The notes beneath the pieces were generated by a model. It saw nothing but the letters and a program-made list of their open reading frames with translations, was not told the origin of the DNA and did no database searches. DNA of 60,617 bases, counting the filler. It is 5 parts of 5 records of this genome, joined end to end, with 100 filler letters (N's around TTAATTAATTAA, not from the genome) between each part and the next. Parts side by side here need not be neighbours in the genome. Positions count along the whole stretch, not along the records: positions 11,685 to 22,711 come from DRR723986_7678; positions 22,812 to 45,086 come from DRR723986_7680; 3 more parts are not named here. The stretch is one strand, 5' to 3'. A program made the position numbers and the translations under genes. Below are positions 17,912 through 27,456 of this stretch, in pieces (positions within the stretch are counted from its first letter, which is position 1; every line of letters begins with the position of its first letter).

Positions 17912-19319
17912 AGCGTTTCGTGAGCGCCGGGCATCGTGCTGGCAGCCATACTTGCACACAAAGCCCGGGTTGACCGTCTGCCCTGTCTGCCAGGATAAGA
18001 TGGCCGCCATGGAGCTCGGCAATACGCCGAGCAATCGCCAGCCCCAGCCCTGCGCCTCCTCCTTTACGTTGATCCAGTCGCACAAACCGGCTGAGTGCGC
18101 GTTCACGCTCCTCCGCGGGAATTCCAGGACCCTGGTCACAAACCGAAATGGCGTAGCCTTCACCTGCGGGAACGAGATTGGTGGTGATTATGGTATGAGG
18201 CGGACTGTATTGGATGGCGTTGGCCAGCAAGGAGCGCATGAGGGTGTTAATCAGGGCACTATGGCAGCTAATCAGGGACTGACCTGTTTCGTCCTGGAGC
18301 ACCGGCTCTATGTTTTTCTTTAGCGCCAGCGGTGCAACATCTGCGATGCTTTGTTCCAGAATGGCGGAAAGATTGTGATGCTCCGGCGGAAACTGAGCGC
18401 CGGAGTCCACCCGACTCAGTAACAGCATTTGTTCGACCAGATGAACCATTCGGTCTACGGCCTGGATAAGGTCTCCATATTGTTCGGGGTTGTCACCGTA
18501 AACTTTCTCCAGATTCAGGCGCAGCGCGGCCAATGGGGTTCGCAGCTCATGTGCCGCATCAGCGGAGAAGCGGCGTTCACGTTCCAGAGCCTGATTCAGC
18601 CGTCTCAACAGGCCGTTGACTGCGTGCACCAATCCAGCTACTTCTTTCGGAGCCTGACGATCATCGAGGGGATGGATGTTCTCAGGCGCCATGTTCCGAA
18701 CCGGTTTTTCGAGTTTTCTCAAAGGCTTGAAGCTCACCTGAATTGATGCCAGGACGGCTATGGCCAGTAGAGGCAACGCCAACAGAAAAGGCAGAACGTT
18801 GCCCAGCGCAATTTCCTGGCTCAGTTCATCCCGAACGTCCTCTCGCTGGGCGGTACGTATCCAGAACCCGGTCGATGTATCTCGCATTGTAAACGTTCGC
18901 CATTGATAGCCGGCGGCCTCCTGCCAGGCAAATCCTGGCTCAAGGCCCTGGGCATCGTTAGCCCGGAGCGTGTCCAGCACAGGTTGTTGATCAGGAGACC
19001 AGACTTCGAAAGCGATTTTGCGTTCGTATTTATGCCCGGCACCGTCGGGCAGAATCTCGTCCTCTTCTTCATCGCCCTGAAATAATGCGTCCGGCAATTC
19101 GAGAGTTTTCGACAGCGTAAAGGCTAACTGCTCGATAGACTGAGTGCTCGAGAGATGTTCCACCAGCCCCTGCACAATCCGGGTACTTTGTGCCAGCTCC
19201 GCATCGAACAGTTCGTCCAACTGGTGATTGCTGACATAGAACCCCCAGCCTGCCGCGATCAGAGTGATCATAAAAACAGTGCTGGTAATTAGCAGAATCA
19301 GCTTCCGTGTCAGGCTCAT
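17907..19319 (-). CDS. Sensor histidine kinase, QseC/PmrB-like
   Basis: Two TMs, DELFDAEL, FSADAAHELRTPLA H-box, NAIQYS, DQGPGI, GAGLGLAI. Confidence 0.93.
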   Translation of the reverse strand: MSLTRKLILLITSTVFMITLIAAGWGFYVSNHQLDELFDAELAQSTRIVQGLVEHLSSTQSIEQLAFTLSKTLELPDALFQGDEEEDEILPDGAGHKYERKIAFEVWSPDQQPVLDTLRANDAQGLEPGFAWQEAAGYQWRTFTMRDTSTGFWIRTAQREDVRDELSQEIALGNVLPFLLALPLLAIAVLASIQVSFKPLRKLEKPVRNMAPENIHPLDDRQAPKEVAGLVHAVNGLLRRLNQALERERRFSADAAHELRTPLAALRLNLEKVYGDNPEQYGDLIQAVDRMVHLVEQMLLLSRVDSGAQFPPEHHNLSAILEQSIADVAPLALKKNIEPVLQDETGQSLISCHSALINTLMRSLLANAIQYSPPHTIITTNLVPAGEGYAISVCDQGPGIPAEERERALSRFVRLDQRKGGGAGLGLAIARRIAELHGGHLILADRADGQPGLCVQVWLPARCPALTKRS

Positions 19320-19999
19320 ATTTCTTGGCCTTCCGAGGCTGCTTTGCTGTCCAGCATGTAGCCAACGCCGCGCACAGTGCGAATGGCCTGCTTACCCAGC
19401 CGCCGGCGCAGATGGTGAACGTGAACTTCCAGGGCGTTGCTCTCGGCACCCTGATCCCAGCCGTAAAGTTGTTCCTCCAAACGTCGTCTGGTTGCCACCT
19501 GATCAGGGTGCCGCATCAGATAGTGAAGGATCTGCAGTTCGCTACGGGGTAGCACGAACGTCTCTGTGCCTACCTGCAATTGCGCAGAGTCAGGGTCAAG
19601 CACCAGTCGCCCCACCTTGAGTCCTGAGACTCGTGTGCCTGAGCGGCGGCGAGTAACCGCCCTTATCCGGGCTTTCAGTTCTGACATGGCAAAGGGCTTG
19701 GTCAGGTAATCGTCTGCCCCTGCATCCAGTCCCTGTAGTTTTTCGGTCAGTTCGCTCCGCGCAGTCAGGATGATGATGGGCAACTCTACGCCCTGCTCCC
19801 TCACCTGGCGGACAATGTCCAGGCCATCGACACGGGGTAACGTCAAGTCAAGAATGGCCAGGTCAAAGCTCTCGTTCAGTAAGGCGTTAAGAGCCTGTTG
19901 GCCATCATCCACCCAGTCCACGGTATTCTGGCCGTCCCGCAGCATGCTCAGCATGGTGTTGGCCAGTGGGTGATCGTCTTCGGTCAGAAGTATGCGCAT
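19316..19999 (-). CDS. OmpR-family response regulator, QseB/PmrA-like
   Basis: MRILLTEDD, LDLTLP, GADDYLTKPF, SNALEVHVHHLRR, TVRGVGY. Confidence 0.95.
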   Translation of the reverse strand: MRILLTEDDHPLANTMLSMLRDGQNTVDWVDDGQQALNALLNESFDLAILDLTLPRVDGLDIVRQVREQGVELPIIILTARSELTEKLQGLDAGADDYLTKPFAMSELKARIRAVTRRRSGTRVSGLKVGRLVLDPDSAQLQVGTETFVLPRSELQILHYLMRHPDQVATRRRLEEQLYGWDQGAESNALEVHVHHLRRRLGKQAIRTVRGVGYMLDSKAASEGQEI

Positions 20000-20023
20000 T
20001 TGGCTACGCCATCCGGTTGGTTT

Positions 20024-21571
20024 TTAGCTCAAAGGTTGCTGGTGTTTTTCAGTGTAATGGAATGCGGGCAATTTGCGGTCCGAATTACTGTTCCCAGCCG
20101 TATTGTTGGTCATCGGTTCCAGCAGGAACAGCTTGTAACGCCGGTTTTCGTCGACCGGATCGGTAATCTGCTGCAACTGGCCAAGTAAGTCATGCTGGTT
20201 TTTTCCCACGGCCACCGCCAAAGGTCGCCGCAGAGTTCCATTCGCGAGCTGAAGACGAAGATTTTCCACGTCAATGCTATCGGCTCTGCCTGCGCTGTAA
20301 AACCTGGCCGAAAATGGCGGTTCGCCGGTGTACACAAGCCTGGCCGATGAACGCCCGGCCAGCTGGCTGGCGGTCATCACCAGCTCCCGTTCCGTTTTCA
20401 GTTGCTCCGGATACAGGTAGACCCAGCCGCTGGCCAGGGTGCCGAGCACGGGGATGAGCAGGCTGGCCGCTACCGTGGGGCGCGGCAGGCGCTGGCCGGT
20501 GTCTGGTGCCAGTAATCCCGAGGCAAGCACGGCCACAAAGGGCAGCCCCGGCAGCACATAGGTCCAGAGTATGTTGCCAGCCAGGGTAAAGAATAGGGCC
20601 GGAGCTAACGCCGCCAGCACCACCAGGGTGCTGACGTTGTGTTCGCCACTATGCCAATGCTGCAGTTTGTGAACACCGCGCCAGTGGTGGCGGACCATCC
20701 CGGCCATCGCAGCCAGCCCCCAGGGCATGCTGGCAAGCACAAGATAGAGCCAGATCGTGCCCCGGGGGAAATCGTGGGCACTGCCGTAAAGGTCACCCTG
20801 CCAGCCGCTGACGACAAAGCGCTTGATGTGCTCACCGACAATGAAGTAATCCAGGAAACCCGGTGTCTTCAGCTCTGCCAGGACATACCAGGGCGCTGAC
20901 ATCAACAGGGTCAGGGCCAGCCCGCGCACCCAGGGCAAACTGTGCCAGAGGGTCTGCCAACGGTTGAAGGTGAGCGCCCAGAGGAACACCGGCAGGCCAG
21001 CAAGCACCAGAACCAGTGGTCCCTTGGCCAGCAGGCCAGTAGCCAGGCCGATGAAGAACAGCCAGCCCCAGAGCGGCGGCCCCCCCTGCAGGCGAATGAT
21101 CAGGCTCACCAGTGTCAGGCTGGTGCCAAGGGCCAGGAATGAATCCGTCATTACCGTGCCGGCAGACAGAAAGCCCAATGCCGTAGTGGCGTAGATTAAC
21201 GCAGCCCAGAGCCCTTGAGTTTTGGCTCCGTGGCCGAGCGGGTCGGGGTGCAGGTAGCGACGCAGGTTGTAGACCAGCCAGACGATGCCGACATTGGCCA
21301 GCCAGGAGGGCAGTCGGCCGGCGAATTCGCTGACGCCGAACAGCTTGAACGACAGTGCCTGAGTCCAGAACGACAGGGGCGGCTTGCCCCAGAAAGGCAC
21401 ACCAATATCGAACCAGGGGGTTATCCAGTCGCCGGTTTCCGCCATGATCCGCGCCATCTCCGCGTAGCGGGGCTCGGTGGTGTCCGCGAACGGCAACAAG
21501 GCAGACAGGCCGAGCCTGGCAGCAAGCACCGAGACCAGCAGCCACAGCAAGGTGTTACTGATTCTGGTCAT
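20024..21571 (-). CDS. ArnT/GT39-family glycosyltransferase (copy 2)
   Basis: DTTEPRYAEMAR, FWGKPPLSFW, LAKGP, GDLYGSAH, YVLPGLP. Confidence 0.9.
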   Translation of the reverse strand: MTRISNTLLWLLVSVLAARLGLSALLPFADTTEPRYAEMARIMAETGDWITPWFDIGVPFWGKPPLSFWTQALSFKLFGVSEFAGRLPSWLANVGIVWLVYNLRRYLHPDPLGHGAKTQGLWAALIYATTALGFLSAGTVMTDSFLALGTSLTLVSLIIRLQGGPPLWGWLFFIGLATGLLAKGPLVLVLAGLPVFLWALTFNRWQTLWHSLPWVRGLALTLLMSAPWYVLAELKTPGFLDYFIVGEHIKRFVVSGWQGDLYGSAHDFPRGTIWLYLVLASMPWGLAAMAGMVRHHWRGVHKLQHWHSGEHNVSTLVVLAALAPALFFTLAGNILWTYVLPGLPFVAVLASGLLAPDTGQRLPRPTVAASLLIPVLGTLASGWVYLYPEQLKTERELVMTASQLAGRSSARLVYTGEPPFSARFYSAGRADSIDVENLRLQLANGTLRRPLAVAVGKNQHDLLGQLQQITDPVDENRRYKLFLLEPMTNNTAGNSNSDRKLPAFHYTEKHQQPLS

Positions 21572-22562
21572 GGCCGGCCACTCGCAGCATGGGTTGTATG
21601 TAAGTCATGGTCTCCTGACTATCTTCCGCCACGATAAAGACCGGGCGTTGCTTGGTTTCCATATAGATGCGCCCGATGTATTCCCCCAACAAGCCGACAC
21701 ACAGAAGCTGGACGCCGGACAGGAAGGTGATCATGGCAATCAGGGAGGCATAGCCCGGTGTTGAAATGCCGAAGGCCAGCGCCCGGATTACCTCCCAGAG
21801 GCCAACGGTGCCGCCTGCCCCCGCGGCCAGTAAGCCCAGCACAAGGGCCAGTCGCAGTGGTCGGGTCGAGAATGAGGTGATGCCCTCCATGGCCAGGTGT
21901 ACGAGTTTCAGGTAGTTCCACTTGGTGCTGCCTGCGATTCGGGGGTCGCGATCGAATTCCAGGGTTACGGTGGGCATACCGACCCAGGCAAACATGCCCT
22001 TGAGGTAACGGTTGCGTTCTGGAAGCCGGTTCAGGGCCTCGACCGTGCGCCGGCTCATCAGCCGGAAGTCGCCGGTATCGACCGGAATCGGAGAATCGCT
22101 GATCCGATTGATCAGACGATAGAAAAGGCTGGCCGTGATGCGTTTAAGCCAGCTTTCGCCGGCCAGGGATCGGCGTTTCATCAGCACGACATCGGCCCCT
22201 TTGCGCCATTCGGCAAGCATGTCGGGAATCAGTTCGGGGGGATCCTGAAGGTCTGCATCCATAAGCACCACGGCCTCGCCGCGGGCGTGCTCCAGGCCGG
22301 CCGAGACTGCCGCCTCCTTGCCGAAGTTTCGGGACAACTGCAAGACACGGATTTCTGGCTGCCGTTGCCTGGCGGCCATCAGAATGGCGACCGAATCATC
22401 CCGACTGCCGTCGTCGACAAACAGCAGCTCAAAGCTGCCGTCGAGCTTTTGCCCGGTTGTCCAGAGTCGAGCCAGCAGGGCCGGGAGCACTTCAGCCTCG
22501 TTGTGGACCGGAATAACTATGCTCAGCATAGGTTCAGGGGAGCTTGAGCGTTGTTTTTTCAT
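21555..22562 (-). CDS. GT2 bactoprenol glycosyltransferase (GtrB/YkoT-like)
   Basis: VDDGSRD, LSRNFGKEAA, MDADLQDPPE, TGDFRLM, two C-terminal TMs, GEYIGRIY.ETKQRP. Confidence 0.92.
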   Translation of the reverse strand: MKKQRSSSPEPMLSIVIPVHNEAEVLPALLARLWTTGQKLDGSFELLFVDDGSRDDSVAILMAARQRQPEIRVLQLSRNFGKEAAVSAGLEHARGEAVVLMDADLQDPPELIPDMLAEWRKGADVVLMKRRSLAGESWLKRITASLFYRLINRISDSPIPVDTGDFRLMSRRTVEALNRLPERNRYLKGMFAWVGMPTVTLEFDRDPRIAGSTKWNYLKLVHLAMEGITSFSTRPLRLALVLGLLAAGAGGTVGLWEVIRALAFGISTPGYASLIAMITFLSGVQLLCVGLLGEYIGRIYMETKQRPVFIVAEDSQETMTYIQPMLRVAGHDQNQ

Positions 22563-22710
22563 GGAAAACAAACCTCTTGGCAAAGAAGTAATTGGCAACC
22601 GTGACGAGTGCCGTGGCCAGGAACTGTGCTGACAGGACTTTGAGGCCAGCCAGGCTGAGAACGGAGAAGCTGAAAAGGTTCAGGGTCCAGCCCAGACTGG
22701 CTGCCGCCAG
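22534..22710 (-). CDS. GtrA-family flippase-like protein, 3' part (5'-truncated; not in the ORF track)
   Basis: Manual translation LAAASLGWTLNLFSFSVLSLAGLKVLSAQFLATALVTVANYFFAKRFVFHEKTTLKLP*, with the GtrA-like NY...RFVF ending; upstream of the GtrB-like gene. Confidence 0.8.
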   Translation of the reverse strand: MAAASLGWTLNLFSFSVLSLAGLKVLSAQFLATALVTVANYFFAKRFVFHEKTTLKLP

Positions 22711-22711
22711 G

Positions 22712-22811
22712 NNNNNNNNNNNNNNNNNNNNNNNNNNNNNNNNNNNNNNNNNNNNTTAATTAATTAANNNNNNNNNNNNNNNNNNNNNNNNNNNNNNNNN
22801 NNNNNNNNNNN
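22712..22811. other. Artificial contig linker
   Basis: N run, TTAATTAATTAA, N run. Confidence 0.99.
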
Positions 22812-22860
22812 CAATTACTCAATTAACCGCGTTACCCACTAAAGCGGGTTATGCACTCTT

Positions 22861-22959
22861 GACTTGTTGAACCCGGCTTGTTGTTTCTTGGCCTGTTGAC
22901 TTTGGCTTGTTGTTCTTGGCTTGTTGTTCTTGGCTTGCTGTTCTTGGCTTGTGAACCAA
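22861..22959. repeat. 14-bp tandem repeat, about 7 copies (GGCTTGTTGTTCTT)
   Basis: Units start at 22861, 22875, 22890, 22904, 22918, 22932 and 22946. Confidence 0.85.
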
Positions 22960-23070
22960 GGCATCGATTGTTGGGATCCACCGGTTGACCTTGGGATAGA
23001 GCAATGGAGGCTGAGGACTTGACTTAACAAATTTACGTTCGCGACACGGAGACCTAAAGAAGAAAACAAA

Positions 23071-23150
23071 CAAGCCGGAGAGCGAAGCGAAAAGGCGAAG
23101 TGCTCAAGAGAACAAGCCGCCGAGTTTAACGAGGAGGCGAAGTGACAAAG
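23071..23150 (+). repeat. Dispersed structured repeat family R1, tandem copies C1 and C2
   Basis: CAAGCCggagagcgaagcgaaaaGGCGAAGTGCTCAAG, then CAAGCCgccgagtttaacgaggaGGCGAAGTGACAAAG; 42-bp period. Confidence 0.8.
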
Positions 23151-23361
23151 ACGGAATAATTAAACAACTTAACACTGCGGCGAGCTGGAGCAGTGCCTGA
23201 ACTTTAAATACCGGGACGAAGTTAAGCTGGCCAAAGCTAGAATTCAAACATTTCGATGGCGTTTAAACACACCAACTATTACCAGCCATCAAAAAGAGAG
23301 GCCGGAGCGACTCAGCAACACTGCATTAAACAATGATAGAACAGGCTAAAACAGTAAACAG

Positions 23362-23781
23362 TTAAGCCGCCTGACGATACTGCTCGGCGTATTGGCGAAT
23401 TTGTGTTAACAGCTCTTCCAAACCGGTTGTGTGGTTAACAGATTTGAGGGTGTCCATGTCCAGTTCCTGCACAAAGGTTGGCGGAGAATCAAGGATTTCC
23501 TGTGGCGAACGGTTGGAATAAATGCGCATCAACATGGCAATCAGACCACGCATCTGCATCGAATCGCTGGAACACGTAAATGCGAGTTTGCCGTCGGTGA
23601 GAGTCACATCATGCCAGATAACGGTTTGGCAACTGACGAGAGTGCGGTCGGGAGTTTTTTTGTCTTCGGGGAAAGCGGGTAGGCTGCGCCCCAGTTTAAC
23701 CATATAGCGAAAGCGGGCCTCAAAGTCGGCCAGGGCGTTAAACTCTTCCACAATCTGGCGTTGAACGTCACAACAAGTCAT
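23362..23781 (-). CDS. sufE: SufE-family Fe-S metabolism protein
   Basis: IVEEF...RFRYMVKLGRSLP...SCQTVIW...SDSMQMRGLIA...PQEIL; start at MTCC inferred. Confidence 0.8.
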   Translation of the reverse strand: MTCCDVQRQIVEEFNALADFEARFRYMVKLGRSLPAFPEDKKTPDRTLVSCQTVIWHDVTLTDGKLAFTCSSDSMQMRGLIAMLMRIYSNRSPQEILDSPPTFVQELDMDTLKSVNHTTGLEELLTQIRQYAEQYRQAA

Positions 23782-23916
23782 GATGCAGCACAGGTATACG
23801 TTAACAAAAAAACGAATTACCGCATGGATCGGAAACAAACAACGTTGCAGCGCCCAAACGGACCTGCCAAATTACGGAATTTCCGGGAAAGATTCTGCAG
23901 AAGTGAATACGCGGGC

Positions 23917-25575
23917 CTAGAAATCTTCGAAGGCAAAACGCACACTGAAGTTGTGCGCAGCAGATCCGTCCACATTGTCAAGCCTGTAAGCGGCCTGGAC
24001 GTTGAGGGCACGCCAGACTTCCAAACCAGCCGTAAGTCCCAGAGAAAAGCGCCGTTCAACGTCACCATCCAGGAAGGGACTGATTTCATTATCCTCATTA
24101 CGACGCGCCTGCAGCACATCTCCACCCACATTTTGCTCGATGGAAAGGCCGTCGGCAGAGAGGATATTGCGGCCGTGACGACGGAATGAAGCCTCCAGCG
24201 CGATGGGGTAACGACCAACATGCCAGAAACGAACGCGACTACTCAATTGGTCGGAGTTTGGCGGCAAAAAACCACCAAGTTGAACACCGTCGTTGGTGAC
24301 AGAGTTTTGAATATTAAAGTGGCTGTAGGTGTAGGGCCGCACGTAAGCGTACTCAAATGCAAAGTCTAGCGGCAACTGCGGAGCGGCCATGAAACCAAGG
24401 TTAAAGGCATATTTGTTGCCGTGGAAATCATCGCCGATACGGCCGAACTGCAGATCATCCAGGAAAAATGCTCCGCGAAACTCAAGGCCTTCCATCGGAC
24501 GCACTGTGGCATCGAGGCCAAGTGCACTGTTATCGCGATCGCGCAGGGAGTGTTCAATAGACTTGAAGAAACTAAGAGGATTCAGGTAAGCCAGGTCGAT
24601 GTTCCGATCGCTGTACATCACCTGTTCCAGGAATGCAATTTGGCCCCAGTCGGCGCGAAACCTGAAGCGGTGATAGGCCATGTATTTGGCGGGGATGAGA
24701 GCTTCGGGGCCGGACTGAAAGTTGGTTTGCGGCAAGCCGACGAGGGACGCGTGCATGAACTGATAATCAAAATTCTCGAAGTTGGCCTCGACTCCCAGAG
24801 CATCAACCGGTGGAGCCAGATTTCCTACGAAAGCACGGTTAAAATACCCGGCACCACTGAGACGGCGCATGCGTGAGATAGAAACTGCAAACCACTCGTG
24901 TGCCAGACGCACATGCGATTCGACGAAGTCAAAATCACTTTGGAGGGAACCAAACTTTACATTACTGGCCAGACGCGGATCTTCGAGTGCCAGCGAGCGG
25001 TCCCCGGACACTGCAGCGCCATTGGTGACCTGGAGGTAAAATCCGATGAAATCATCAAATGAGCCATGCAGGCGCAGGCCGCCCTGACCTAACAATACAT
25101 TGCGTGAGCTGTCTGCCTGCTGGATGCGCTGTTCCACAGAACCAAGCGGCAAAAGAAACAGTTTGACCTGTTCGGTGCTGTCGTAGTAAATCGCTTTTTC
25201 GCGATCGCTGAAGAAACCATTAAAAAACAGCTGCGACTGCCCCTGTTTGGGAAAAATGGTGGCACGTTGGGCGGCCACAAGACCGAACTCACGCTCAAAT
25301 TGCGCCAGCAGGTGGTCTTCACTACCGGACAGTTGAACTGCTGCTGAGCGAAGCCGGCTCAGGCCATCAATCACGCGCGCGCGCGACAATGGTAGCTCGG
25401 CGAGCGAGTTTCCAGGCAGCAAGCCACGTGCCTGCATGCGTTCCAGCCAAGGGTAGACAGGATGTTCAATCGGCACAAACTCCACCTGCGCCTGTGCAGG
25501 GATAAGATTGCTACACAAAAAAATGCAGCAGGCCGTGCAGAGGAGCAAAAACGAGTTGCGACCAAATTGAGTCAT
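23917..25575 (-). CDS. Capsule assembly Wzi-family outer membrane protein
   Basis: Signal peptide, HPVYPWLERM, KYMAYHR, YLNPLSFF...RDNS, RPYTYSH, LPPNSD, C-terminal Phe; in a polysaccharide operon. Confidence 0.75.
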   Translation of the reverse strand: MTQFGRNSFLLLCTACCIFLCSNLIPAQAQVEFVPIEHPVYPWLERMQARGLLPGNSLAELPLSRARVIDGLSRLRSAAVQLSGSEDHLLAQFEREFGLVAAQRATIFPKQGQSQLFFNGFFSDREKAIYYDSTEQVKLFLLPLGSVEQRIQQADSSRNVLLGQGGLRLHGSFDDFIGFYLQVTNGAAVSGDRSLALEDPRLASNVKFGSLQSDFDFVESHVRLAHEWFAVSISRMRRLSGAGYFNRAFVGNLAPPVDALGVEANFENFDYQFMHASLVGLPQTNFQSGPEALIPAKYMAYHRFRFRADWGQIAFLEQVMYSDRNIDLAYLNPLSFFKSIEHSLRDRDNSALGLDATVRPMEGLEFRGAFFLDDLQFGRIGDDFHGNKYAFNLGFMAAPQLPLDFAFEYAYVRPYTYSHFNIQNSVTNDGVQLGGFLPPNSDQLSSRVRFWHVGRYPIALEASFRRHGRNILSADGLSIEQNVGGDVLQARRNEDNEISPFLDGDVERRFSLGLTAGLEVWRALNVQAAYRLDNVDGSAAHNFSVRFAFEDF

Positions 25576-25653
25576 ACTTGCGAACTTGGCTGGTGTACGA
25601 TCTAGTTTATTCAGAGCAGGAATCTGGCGTTAACACGACGGCAGCCGCGCACA

Positions 25654-27402
25654 TTACCTTAACAGGTTAATCAGTGTTGTTGCGACGACTACGGCAGCTG
25701 AAACGAGGTTAACATAAAATGCATATTCCTGCGCTTCCACACCGGGAGCAAACTGCGGGTCGGAGGGAATATAGACAATGTCCCCCGACTCAATTTCGAT
25801 ATCATCCAGATCACTCTCGATCCATATACTGGTTCGTCCTTTGATGACGGCGGCACGTCCCATATCGGCTGATTCGGCGGCGCCACCAGCCTGATTGAGG
25901 TACCATGCTGCAGTACGCCCGGGTACAAAGTTTACGTACCCCGGATTGGCTACATGGCCGTAGACGTAAACATTTTTTGGATTTTTGGGGATCACGAGGA
26001 CGTCACCACTTTGAATGATGACATTATCTTCCTCAGAATTTTGCTCCAGTGCGGCACCAACATCACAGGCAACGGTTGAATTGCGCAGGCTGTTGTGCAT
26101 ACGGAAGCGCGCGGTATCTCCCAGTCCCAGTGTGTAAAACTGCGTCAGACGCAGTTGCATTTCGTCAGGCGCATTGCCTTCGGCGGCCATGAGGTCACGG
26201 CGCAGGATGTAGGCAAGCGGCAGGTAAGCCTCATCGGTTGTGCCGCCAGTCATTTCGACCAGGTCTTTCAGTCGGGTTTGCCCTGGCGTAATCACGTAGG
26301 TTCCTGCATTTTTGACCATCCCGCTAACCGAAGCGGTGTTGACACGCTCATCTGATCTAGGTTCACGATCAACAACAATCGATGTTCCAGCGGAAATGGG
26401 GCGATCGGCGGCTCCGGAGAGCACACTTTCAACATCAATTTTTTCGCGGCTGGCAGCTCCCGGCGCCATGTAGTAAACTGCGTTCGGATCAGCGTGATCC
26501 GCCAGGCCGTAGCCGGCGCGCAGGAGGAATGAAAGACTGTCGCCACGGCGATAGGGCATGGAGATTGGGCGACGCACGGCACCGGAAATCGAAATCGTGG
26601 GAGCGGCGGCCGGCGGATAGGGCACAAAAATCTCATCACCTTCACGCACAGTGGGGTCTTCCTCGGACCGATCCAGCAGGCGTGCACGCAGGTCGTCAGA
26701 CACCTGCGAAGTTCCATCCTTGTGATACACTACGGTATTACGGCGGCGCCATTCACAGATATATCGCGTTCCCAGTTCAGCATCCAATGAGGCCTGAACC
26801 CGATCTTCCAGTGTGCGCGCACCTGCATGTAATCGCCCGCTCACGTTGGCAGCCGGCACTTGATCAGCATATGCAACAGCAGTTGAAACGCGCATGGAGG
26901 CCGGCAAAGCGTACATCCGTGGGAACAAAACATTCCCATGAATATGCACCCAAACCGTGCGTGCGCGCAGGAGCCCCACGGCAACAGCCCAGTTGGCATT
27001 GCGCTCGCGGTAGAGGCTCACAACCGTATCACGTACATCTGCAAGCGTGCGCTTCGGCATGGCTATCTGGCCCAAACGAGGCAACATGATTGTGCCTTCT
27101 GGAGAGACCTGCAATGGATAGTCTCCGGAAATTGTTCCAACCAATTGCAGCATCAGGACATCGCCAGGCCCAATAATGTATTCTTCAGGGTTGACGATGT
27201 TGTCTGTGGGAAACACCTCAGCACTGCTGCTGAGCATCTCTGCGGCTGAACCTCCCTGCTGGGCGGCAGGACCGGGTGAGGGCACACCATAATTTCCGTC
27301 GCTAGAGCCACCGGTGGCTGCGCCCTGCGCATGCGCGTCCAATGTACACAGCATAAGAGCAGCGGCCAGGAAAAGACTAATCTGATGAATTACACGCATC
27401 AT
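25654..27402 (-). CDS. Polysaccharide export protein with SLBB domains (Wza/KpsD-like)
   Basis: YIIGPGDVL, VSPEGTIMLP, repeated G.V..PG SLBB motifs, GDIVYIP. Confidence 0.85.
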   Translation of the reverse strand: MMRVIHQISLFLAAALMLCTLDAHAQGAATGGSSDGNYGVPSPGPAAQQGGSAAEMLSSSAEVFPTDNIVNPEEYIIGPGDVLMLQLVGTISGDYPLQVSPEGTIMLPRLGQIAMPKRTLADVRDTVVSLYRERNANWAVAVGLLRARTVWVHIHGNVLFPRMYALPASMRVSTAVAYADQVPAANVSGRLHAGARTLEDRVQASLDAELGTRYICEWRRRNTVVYHKDGTSQVSDDLRARLLDRSEEDPTVREGDEIFVPYPPAAAPTISISGAVRRPISMPYRRGDSLSFLLRAGYGLADHADPNAVYYMAPGAASREKIDVESVLSGAADRPISAGTSIVVDREPRSDERVNTASVSGMVKNAGTYVITPGQTRLKDLVEMTGGTTDEAYLPLAYILRRDLMAAEGNAPDEMQLRLTQFYTLGLGDTARFRMHNSLRNSTVACDVGAALEQNSEEDNVIIQSGDVLVIPKNPKNVYVYGHVANPGYVNFVPGRTAAWYLNQAGGAAESADMGRAAVIKGRTSIWIESDLDDIEIESGDIVYIPSDPQFAPGVEAQEYAFYVNLVSAAVVVATTLINLLR

Positions 27403-27456
27403 AAGCCAGTATCAAACCTTGGGTTTGCGGAAACATTGAATATTGAGGTCGTCTAT

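Noticed and set aside
23071-23150. Possible mini-CRISPR from the tandem R1 copies or the 14-bp array
   Set aside because: Only two units, the variable part is about 17 nt and internally structured, and there are no cas genes.
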